A stretch of 63,570 bases of DNA, the filler included, from Octopus bimaculoides (lineage: Eukaryota), in the NCBI RefSeq assembly GCF_001194135.2. It is 6 parts of 5 records of this genome, joined end to end, with 100 filler letters (N's around TTAATTAATTAA, not from the genome) between each part and the next. Parts side by side here need not be neighbours in the genome. Positions count along the whole stretch, not along the records: positions 52,563 to 60,883 come from NC_068984.1; positions 60,984 to 63,570 come from NW_026436051.1; 4 more parts are not named here. The stretch is one strand, 5' to 3'. Positions 54,199-63,570 of this stretch are shown here, piece after piece. Below the pieces are notes generated by a model. That model was not told where the DNA came from. It searched no databases and saw only the letters and a list, made by a program, of their open reading frames with translations. Each line of letters begins with the position of its first letter. Position 1 is the stretch's first letter. The position numbers were made by a program, and so were the translations under genes.

Positions 54199-54598
54199 GA
54201 AAGAAGACATGCACCCTACAGCAGAGCTGAAGACACCCTGCCACGTCAAAACGGTAGAGGAGTAGGGGCCGAAACCGGACGTGGTTCCTCCTGATGATGT
54301 CTTCAGCTAACTGGATCCTAATCCACCAACGGAAGGTATGTCGGAAGAAAGTAATTCAACAACGCGGGTTGATGAACCGTCAGACGTGTGGCCAGAACCT
54401 CCTGGAAAATAACGATAGCGAGGGACATTCCACAGTTGAATTAGAACAGTCACAAACAGTGAAAGAAGACATGCACCCAACACCAGAGCTGAAGACACCT
54501 CCGAAAGGAGGGGCCCCGCCACGTCAAAACGGTAGAGGAGTAGGGCCCGAAACCGGACGTGGTTCTTCCTGATGATGTCTTGAGCTAACTGGATCCTA
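54199..54598 (+). ncRNA. Two direct copies (54199-54320, 54461-54598) of a structured motif with hammerhead core elements in permuted order
   Basis: The duplication is certain. Each copy has CGGU-A-GAGGAG, then GAAACCG, then UUC(C/U)UC-CUGAUGA. Ribozyme function is inferred only. Confidence 0.5.
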
Positions 54599-55147
54599 TA
54601 AAGGATCTGTTGTGGTAGCAGACCACGAAACATGGTTGAAATTCCTTCCTGGCTCATTTGTATTTCTGTCCCTTTCTAAACTATGTCCATTAAGGGGAGG
54701 TAACCCCTTGCCATATTATAAAAAATGTTCACAATTTTTTTACTCAAATCTCTATTCTAATAGGAATTAAATTATATTATCCTAAGAGTTATTGTCAAGC
54801 CCACAATTGTTATTGGTAAATTGTACATTGATATGCCTGCCTTAAGAGCTAATATTATACTACATTGTACTATAAAATATGAATTATAAATAACCGTCAA
54901 TTACAATAGGAATTATTATCTCTAGGAGCTTTTCCAAAAACCACAGCTGCTATATGTAAGTTACGTATTAATATATTAATATGGCCTGCTTCAGGGCCTA
55001 ATATTATACCCTATGCACTCTAGGTTATAAATTATAAATTATAAACAATTAAGGCAGGCTATATAAATGTATAACTTGATAATAGCAATTGTGAGTTTTG
55101 CATAACATCCTAGCGGTAGGATAACACACTATAGATCTCCAAATCGT

Positions 55148-55247
55148 ATTGGAGCCTGGTGTAGCCATCTGATCCACCAGTCCTCAATCAAATCGTCCAA
55201 CCCATGCTAGCACGGAAAGCAGACGTTAAACGATGATGATGATGATG
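55148..55247 (+). mobile_element. RTE-type LINE 3' tail fragment
   Basis: Matches 60700-60800 and ends in (GAT)n. Confidence 0.85.
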
Positions 55248-55439
55248 TACTTTACCAAAGCATATTAAATTAATACTACTTCATGGTTTTTGCATACTGA
55301 ATGTATTGATTAGTTACATTACTATACACTATTTCTTTTTATTTCTTATTTCATTGTTAATTTAGTAATTTATAATTAGCTTTTATTTATTCACATATTA
55401 ATTAAGCAAATATTGGTATCCTAAATCTTCCAAACTTAG

Positions 55440-55635
55440 CATCATCATCATCATCATCATCGTTTAACGTCCGCTTCCCATGCTAGCATGGGTTGGACGA
55501 TTTGACTGAGGACTGGTGAAACCGGATGGCAACATCAGGCTCCAATCTGATTTGGCAGAGTTTCTACAGCTGGATGCCCTTCCTAACGCCAACCACTCAG
55601 AGAGTGTAGTGGGTGCTTTTACGTGTCAGCCGCAC
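55440..55635 (-). mobile_element. RTE-type LINE 3' tail fragment
   Basis: (CAT)n-cgtttaacgtccgcttcccatgctagcatgggttggacg..., the reverse complement of the 60620-60800 tail. Confidence 0.85.
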
Positions 55636-56354
55636 GAAGTAAAACAATACTGATATATTATTCTGTTTAATGAAAACTATGAATAAACATTTACTGTATC
55701 TGTACACAATATAGCAACTTTATTTTATATACTTTTCACCTAGGTGCCTTATGTTAAACTTCCCCTGCTCCATTATAAACTGGTCTGCTAGTAGTGAACC
55801 CCCCCCCCCAACCTATACTAGTGTGTCACTAAAACCAAATGAATCTTTATAACCGCATCCATGTATATTGTTTACTCCTTTCCCTTTCCCTATAAGGAAA
55901 AGGCTGGTGCCCTCTTAAGCTTTGAATCACTAGGTCTGATAAGATGAAACAAAAAAAAAACAAATAAAATCAGTGACTGTTAAAATCTGCTTAGAATTAT
56001 TTACTAGCCTGAAAGGTCTGGCTAAGTCAAAAAGGTTTTTTGTATTCTTCCTTTCTACTTTGAAAGTTTAAATGTAGTTATAAAAATATGTCCCTCTGTT
56101 GAAATGAAATTTCAGTAAATTTCTGTATCTTTGCGCAGCTGAGGATTGCTCTGCATTTTACATTTGATGTAATGTTCACATTGCTTAATTAAATGGAGTC
56201 GCATGAAACGATCGTACTGCATTAACTTTGAATATCCTTGTTGCTTATTTTGATTTTAATCACTTTATTTTGGAATTGTATGGATAATACCGTACATAAT
56301 TCTGGTGCCTAAACTTAAGTACCATCTTCACCTTGAATCTAAATTTATATATAT

Positions 56355-56810
56355 ATCATCCTCATCCTCAAGGTTGTCCTCATTGGTTAGTATCCACTTT
56401 CCATGCTGATATGGGTTGGATGGTTTGACTGAGGACTGGCAAGCAGGGAAGCTACACCAGGCTCCAATCAAGGTTTCTACAGATGGATGCCCTTCCTATT
56501 GCCAATCACTCCGAGAGTGTAGTGGGTGCTTTTCATGTGCAACTGGCATGGGAGCCAGTCAGGCAGCACTGGCATAGCCATGCTCGTATGGTGCTTTTTA
56601 TGCATGGGTGCCAGTCAGGCGGCTCTGGCATTGGCATTGACTATGATTTTACTTGATTCAACAGGTCTTTAGACGCATAGCATGTTTTCCAATGAGTGAA
56701 GGAGGCTTTTAAATGGACCAGTTACGATACTGGCATCAGCAATGACTACAACCTCACCAGGCTTGCCAAGTCTTCTCAAGCACAACATATCTCTAAAGGT
56801 CTCAGCAACT
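56355..56810 (-). mobile_element. Older RTE-type LINE 3' UTR fragment
   Basis: ggatgcccttcctattgccaatcactccgagagtgtagtgggtgctttt matches 55570-55620. Confidence 0.75.
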
Positions 56811-56825
56811 ATAGGACAAACAATT

Positions 56826-57135
56826 ACTTCAAGTAAAGTAAAGAATAAGAAACTTTTTACTTGAAATATTGCAGCAAAGAATGCCATTCTTCTAATTTAT
56901 CACTCTTTACAGTTCTCATCGTTTAAATTTATTGTACAAAACTGTTCAGCTAATTTGTAAGTTTGTCCAATTAGTCACTTTTTTCTGTATTCAAGGTAGT
57001 AAATTAGCCAAATTTTACTTAAATAAGTATAGTGTTATTTGTAAATTATAATGAAATATTTTTTAATATTCAAATTTTAATTTTAGCTGCAATATTTTAA
57101 GTAAAAAGTTTCTTATTCTTTACTTTACTTGAGGT
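56826..57135. mobile_element. MITE-like element with 50-bp inverted arms
   Basis: 56826-56875 and 57086-57135 are reverse complements with 2 mismatches. Confidence 0.75.
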
Positions 57136-57409
57136 GCAGATAATCACCAATATCTTTGTCGATGTGGTTGTTCCATGGCAGATCACCACAATTTTCTTTA
57201 CAAATTTAAGCACTACATTTCAGATTGTGACTCTCAAAGTCACTGGTGTAAACAAATATTTTCTGAGCTATGCCTTATACTTGAAGAGTTATGGGGGTTG
57301 GAAATAAGGGAAGCATTATATATATGCATGATGCATCATAGAATAAAGACAGAATACATAACAAATACCACAGTCAATATAATTTAATATTAATCTTATA
57401 TTTAAGACA

Positions 57410-59703
57410 TGAAAATCTTTGTTTTTTCTAGCAACGTATTCCCTTACAGTTTTGTCATATGACAGCTTCCTTGCAATGTCTTTTTCTAGAGACAATATGC
57501 ATAAGGAATTTAAGTGCTCTTCAGCCATGGTAGACTGAAATTTATTCTTAACAAAGGAAAGCTTTGAGAAATTCCTTTCTGCTTAACAGTTTGTGATAGA
57601 CATTGTCAAGTACAGCTTATGTGCAATGGTAATATTAGGGGAAACTTCAATTAATTGTTGCTCATAAATAAACTGAAGAACTTCTGTGCCTTGCATTTTA
57701 GATGCTGTGTTTTCTTCTGTTTTTCCACGATTTCCTAAGGTGTAAATATTCTTTGAACTGATAACGCTCATTCATTTGTGGTCAATATCGTTTTTGTAAT
57801 GCAATATTGATGCTGTTCTCATCAAATTTTGAATTGTTCATCAATTCTGAGAGAAACTTGAACCTTTTCGCAGTTTGCTCATTTGGATCCGTCCTCTTGC
57901 TTAGCTGGATTATCAAGCAGTCATAGACTTGATTTAGAACTTCTATCCTAAATTTTTCAGCCCCTTTCAAAGAAACCCTATCACTTGTTCCATCTGCAAA
58001 TTTCTTTGTAACAATGTGTTTGTAAACATCAGAATAATTTGAGGTGATGTATTCACATGAACCTTTTGTTACTGATTCATAGGGTGCAACCCTGTCGGCT
58101 GAATTTTCTTGCAGTTCTTTAACAAATGAAAGCAAAGATGCTAGCAGAAGGTAACCTTCAAATACATCAGAACTGGGGGTTTGGAGTTTCTTACTTGTTT
58201 TGTTAAAATGCACCATAAGTTCTTCCCAAATGACTGTTAAAATAGTATATTCAAATTTTACCATCTTGGGGTATAAATTCTTTGCATCTCGCTCACATTC
58301 AGGCTTCTCTTCTGAGTCTTCAAACATGTTTGAGAATTTGTAAAATATCCCTATATCCATTTTTTATTGCCTAGACTGCTTCATTGTGTGCAAACCATCT
58401 AATTACTCTTAATCTCTTTAGAGAAAAAGGCTAGATTGTCCCATGTGTTCAAAATCCCCCACCTTTGATGAGATTCAGAAAAGAAAACACAGCTACTGCA
58501 AGATACCAAAATAGTCAACAACTTCAGTACACTAGACTCTGCCTTTTCCCCAACAAGGTCGAGTGAATGGCTTGCACATGGTACATAGTCTGCATACCTG
58601 TTAATATTTTTATGTTGGAAGCATTATTGCGCAACTGACCATGGATATTGTCAAGTGAAAGCTTGTGCTTCCCCAGAAATTGTGTCATCTTGTTGAACAA
58701 GGTCATGGATGAATGGTTTTCTATTGGCCAGTCTGCCAGGTCACTGTATTCTTTGAAATCACTAAATTTGCTTCCTGTTCCCTGTTTCTGCTTTCTCTTT
58801 TCTTGAAATTCTTGACCACTGTGATCATCATCTGCACCAAAAGTGTCAACAGTAGGTTGATTATTGCTAAACAGAGCACTCATGGTCTGTGTCCTGTCAT
58901 TGACTTCACTGGTGTTTGCATGGCTGGTTTCAGTTGCAGGTGATAACAAACTTTTACTTGACATTGTAAAATAGTTTGATAGTTTTTGATATTTAGAAAT
59001 TTCGTTAGACTGCTTTTCCTTGAGTTAGCATTTCTGGTATCTGCTTAAGTACTTTCTTGAAGACATTGCCATTCCTCTTTGGGACTAGACCCCAGTAAAA
59101 AAAAAATAAAAAAAATTGAGGTAATATTTTTATTAGCCACAGCAAGACAGAGATGAATCAAAATAAGCATCTACAACTTAATACAAAGTCATAAATGAAG
59201 AATTGTTTATTTTGTACAAGGTAGATATTCAAACAATTTTTAAAGTAGAAAAAAATGCTTTGTGACTGAACAGATTGTAAGTCCAAAATTAGGAGGCAAA
59301 ACCTTTCGTTGGTCATTAAATAATGGTGTCCTGCTGAGAAAATAAGAATTCTTATCTCTATGCTGATGTAGTAGTAGACATATTTGACAATGGGAGGGGC
59401 AAGGCTGAAGTTTCCAAAATAATTCAAGGGAAGCAAATTATCTGCAAGTCGTTTGTATTTTCATTTTTTTATACTACTCCGGCAGAAACATCAGGTAGAA
59501 CAGTTTGTAGCTAGACACTGCGTGTAGGAGTACGAGATGACGTTGTCCACTAACATTTATAACAGCAATCTGCATGGCAAAATACAAACCAAAAAGATTG
59601 ACAGAATGAAAAAATTTAGTTGCTTCAGAGTGCCCCCCCCCCTCTACGGGATTAGGGGCCCTGAAGTTTAAGCTTCATTAGTTTTATAGTAGATCTGCCA
59701 CTG
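57410..59703 (-). mobile_element. Internally deleted hAT transposon (ZMYM1-like transposase with C-terminal dimerisation domain)
   Basis: N-terminus MSSRKYLS; body TVIWEELMVHFNKTSKKLQ; C-terminus LYLTMSITNC.AERNFSKL..VKN..STMAEEHLNSLCILSLE. hAT-like end CAGTGGCAGATCTAC at 59703; the other end was not found. Confidence 0.85.
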
Positions 59704-59709
59704 ACTGGC

Positions 59710-59980
59710 AGTATTTATTTGTTGTTTCTTCTGATGTAACTGCAAAAAAATGTTGCACTCAATGGCATTAAAAGAAATAACTTGTAGTATTGACATTAAA
59801 AAAATGTGTTTGACAGAATCTTAATAAACGCTGATGTTCCACTGAACAAACTTGTCAGTGTTGCAACAGAGGGAGCAACTGCAGTGGTGGGGAAAATGTA
59901 GGATTAATCACACTTATGAAAAATGATCCCAGCTTCCCAGAGTCCCTCCCTGTCCGTTGCGTGGTTCACCTGGCAGCCAG
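59710..59980 (+). mobile_element. Fragment of a second hAT (Charlie/Buster, GTF2IRD2-like) transposase
   Basis: VPLNKLVSVATEGATAVVGK..GLITLMKNDPSFPESLPVRCVVH resembles the SVATDGAPAM..G..HCIIH block. Confidence 0.75.
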
Positions 59981-59989
59981 ATACTTCAA

Positions 59990-60800
59990 GTATGAAAATG
60001 AGACAATTGCGCTGGTATGGTCATGTGGCAAGGATGGACGAGGATAGCTGTGTGAAAAAGTGCCACTCCCTAGCAGTTGAGGGAACCTGTGGAAGAGGTA
60101 GGCCCAAGAAGACCTAGGATGAGGTGGTGAGGTAAGACCTTCGAACATTGGGCCTCACCGAGGTGATGACTTCTGACCGAGACCTTTGGAAATATGCTGT
60201 GCATGAGAAGACCCGGCAAGCCAAATGAGACCTAAATCCATGGCCTCTGCCAGGGGTGTAGCCAGCCCACTTATGCGTACTTTCCCTTCATTGGACACTA
60301 AACTCCGCTTGCGAAGATCTGTTGAGGCAAGTGAAATCGAAATCGAACTAAATTTGACAACTGGTACCCATGCCAACGTCGTCTCCTTCATTGGACACGA
60401 AACTCGACTTGCGAAGACCTGTTGGGGCAAGCAAAATCGTGATGGCACCTGTGCCCAGAGTCGCCTTTCTGGCACTTGTGCCAGTGGCATGTCTAAGGAC
60501 TTTCGAGTGAGATTATTGCCAGTGCCGCTGAACTGGCTCTTGCGCAGGTGGCACGTAAAATACACCATTTCGAGCATGGCCGTTGCCAGTACCACCTGAC
60601 TGGCCTTCGTGGTGGTGGCACATAAAAGCACCCACTACACTCTCGGAGTGGTTGGCGTTAGGAAGGGGATTCAGCTGTAGAAACTCTGCCAAATTAGATT
60701 GGAGCCTGGTGTAGCCATCTGGTTCACCAGTCCTCAGTCAAATCGTGCAACCTATGCTAGCATGGAAAGCGGACACTAAATGATGATGATGATGATGATG
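59990..60800 (+). mobile_element. 5'-truncated RTE-clade LINE (end of ORF2, 3' UTR, (GAT)n tail)
   Basis: RQLRWYGHVARMDEDSCVKKC..VEGTCGRGRPKKT..DRDLWK, then a UTR with an internal duplication and the tail. Confidence 0.9.
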
Positions 60801-61260
60801 AAATGCAAATTCACACATTTTTCTTAGAAGTTCTTATACTTCATTACCGTATTAAATATTCTCAATATAGTACAAACAATCATNNNNNNNNNNNNNNNNN
60901 NNNNNNNNNNNNNNNNNNNNNNNNNNNTTAATTAATTAANNNNNNNNNNNNNNNNNNNNNNNNNNNNNNNNNNNNNNNNNNNNTTTGAGCCCGAGTCAAG
61001 CGCGTGTGAGCAATGTTGAGAGAACGTCTGCTACGAATGATATTTTTTGACACAAGGCACCTCCAAGACGACCGCCAGACGCTGAACAAAAATAAATGAA
61101 CTACGGACCAAGCTCAGTAACAGGAGCCCGAGTTATTGACTGCAATTACATACTTGAAGTCAGTGTTGGCAGAAATTAAATCAGCTTGCATATACACGTT
61201 CACTCTACTAAATTTATACTCGGACTAAGCCCCAACAGCCCAAGTGCTGTAGTCGCCACT

Positions 61261-61294
<34 letters not shown>

Positions 61295-61498
61295 CATGCA
61301 TACATACATACATACATACATACATACATACATACATNNNNNNNNNNNNNNNNNNNNNNNNNNNNNNNNNNNNNNNNNNNNNNNNNNNNNNNNNNNNNNN
61401 NNNNNNNNNNNNNNNNNNNNNNNNNNNNNNNNNNNNNNNNNNNNNNNNNNNNNNNNNNNNNNNNNNNNNNNNNNTATATACACATGCACACGCACGCA

Positions 61499-61531
<33 letters not shown>

Positions 61532-61533
<2 letters not shown>

Positions 61534-62060
61534 GGGGAGCTTAAGAATTATTTGCACTTTTGCCAAGATTTGCACAACCTTCATCGTTCACGTGCTGAAA
61601 GGTGTTTCTCTCGTGGTTACGTAACCGAGGTTTGACCACCCAACTGGCAGTATGCACCAAGGCAGTATGACCGGTGGTCAGTGATTCGATTTCTCTGGTC
61701 TGAAGGTGTTTCAGGGTCTGAGATTCATCGTAAGTTTACACCTCAATACAGAGGTTGTGTTCAACCGCGCAGAAGTGTGTACGAGTGGATTGAGAAGTTT
61801 AAAAATGGCCATGCAAGCGTGGAGCACGAAAAGAGTGAAAAACGCCGATCAACAGTCCACCACTGTCTCGAAGATTCAACAAGGTCAAAAGATGGTTCTG
61901 ATGGACCGACAATTGACCATCGATGCGGTGGTATGTCCTTTGCGAATTTCTCATGGTTCTGCATACAGAATCATCCTCGACAAGTTTTACTTCGTAAAGT
62001 CAGTGCGAGATGTGTGCCAAGAAATCTTACGGAAGTGCGTAAGTGCAACAATGTAGAGAT
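61532..62060 (+). mobile_element. Mariner transposase pseudogene, N-terminal HTH half
   Basis: IRFLWSEGVSGSEIHRK..SVYEWIEKFKNG, ISHGSAYRII and RKVSARCVPRNLT. Confidence 0.85.
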
Positions 62061-62159
62061 CTTTCAACACTGTGTTAACAACAAAACAAGATGAGGACAA
62101 ATATCCGTCAAATGTAAATAATGTAAATAATGTAAATAATGTTCGCCAAACTTGTTTAC

Positions 62160-62342
62160 AAATTTGATAAATTTTCTGATGTCCTTTACGTCAATAACGC
62201 AAAGATTGGAAGCAACAGAACGACATGGAGACATCATTGGTAACTTTTTGTTGGATTTCAACGGACTCCAGAGTTCAAAACTTGTTCGTTTCTGTTCAAA
62301 TGAGAACACTTCATCTTTTACAGTATTTCTTACAGACGCCAT
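62160..62342 (-). CDS. Candidate first coding exon (MASVRNTVKDEVFSFEQKRTSFELWSPLKSNKKLPMMSPCRSVASNLCVID...)
   Basis: ATG in AAAATGGCG context, open frame in non-repeat sequence, and phase-0 donors GTAAAG (after 62190) or GTAAAC (after 62160). Confidence 0.35.
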
Positions 62343-62464
62343 TTTAAAACAGTTTTAACAACAGATTGTTTTGACCAGTGTCAAAGCTCTTGGTTGAAGT
62401 CGGTGTGTAAATGGCATCGGTGTTCGAATCCCTTAATTAAACTCTTAAAATATTATTAAAGTGA

Positions 62465-62620
62465 TTTCGTGTGTAATGGTGGGGAGTAAGAAGTTCACTT
62501 CCTAATCACAAGTTATTGAGTTCGATCCTACTGCGTAGCATCTTGGGCAAGACTTTTAACCATTGATTCCGCTCCGTCCTTAGTGGCTGAAGTTGGGTCA
62601 ACGGAAATTGTGTGGAAGCC
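62465..62620 (+). mobile_element. SINE family B head, degenerate
   Basis: gagttcgatcctactgcgtagcatcttgggcaagac. Confidence 0.6.
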
Positions 62621-62839
62621 ATCGGATGGATTGTAGTTTAAAATTTCATTATTATCAAACTGCGTCACATTTGATTCTGCTGAGAATTAAGAGCACACAT
62701 GACTGAGGAATACTCGGCCGCTTATACATCAATTGAATGAGTTTTGTGGCTCGGTTGATCGATCATTTGAGAATTGGAGGTCGAAAATTCGATCAAAACA
62801 TATTATAAAAACGCGCCCGCGCACAGACACACAGACACA

Positions 62840-62875
<36 letters not shown>

Positions 62876-63114
62876 TGTGTACGTGTGTGTGCAGATAACA
62901 AGTGAAGGATGAAACTGTTTGTATCACATTTTGTGATACTTACATTTCATGTGTGTGTGTGCGTGCGCGTGCGCGCGCGTGCACATATATATGTCCCGAT
63001 ATTGATCAGACTATCGATGTTGTTACACATCGTTTGTTACAATGCGTTTCGCACTGCTTCAGCTCTCGAAAAGTTCCAATATTCCTCCCGATAACCTGAG
63101 AGGCCATTACGTCA

Positions 63115-63259
63115 GAGGGTGACCCTTTTACAGCTGAGCGGACTGGAGCAACGTGAAATGAAGTGTTTTGCTCAACAACACAACACGCCGCCCGGTCCTG
63201 GAAACGAACCCACGATCTAGCAATCATGAATGCAACACCCTGACCACTAGGCCACGCGC

Positions 63260-63262
<3 letters not shown>
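63115..63262 (-). mobile_element. tRNA-derived SINE (family C head)
   Basis: ctggagcaacgtgaaatgaagtgttttgctcaacaacacaacacg...ccctgaccactaggccacgcgcctt. Confidence 0.85.
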
Positions 63263-63345
<83 letters not shown>

Positions 63346-63570
63346 ATGTACATGCACACATACATACACTTCATGTCCTGTTCGACATGAAGCATAATAA
63401 AACAGTACGACACTATTACCATGAAAAAAAAACTTAATAATAATAATAATTAATTCGTTTTATTCGCCACAAGGGCTAATATCAATTAAAAACATATAAG
63501 GACAGAGACAGGACGAAGGTTACAAAAGGTTTTGTCCGAAAAGGTAGGAAAGTTCGTCTAAACAGAGGAA

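Noticed and set aside
54225-54308. Twister, pistol or HDV-like ribozyme readings of the structured repeat
   Set aside because: Helix order and conserved nucleotides of those classes do not fit; only hammerhead core motifs are present.

Overview
AT-rich, repeat-dense eukaryotic scaffold with many N gaps. The repeat families resemble those I recall from Octopus/cephalopod assemblies; this is an inference, not a database result. No intact gene or protein family is recognisable, and most ORF-track entries come from microsatellites or gaps. The window is dominated by three tRNA-derived SINE-like families (A, B, C here), four decayed mariner transposases, two hAT fragments, RTE LINE 3' ends, two restriction-like-endonuclease (R4/Dong-type) LINE fragments sitting in microsatellites, a decayed Penelope-like element with an inverted RT segment and a hammerhead remnant, and several MITE-like inverted-repeat elements. 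A weakly supported chain of minus-strand exons may belong to one long host gene. The most unusual signal is a twice-repeated GC-rich motif at 54.2-54.6 kb. It carries the hammerhead ribozyme core and stems I and III in a non-canonical permuted strand order, and lies across a gap from a 51-bp CpG-rich tandem array.
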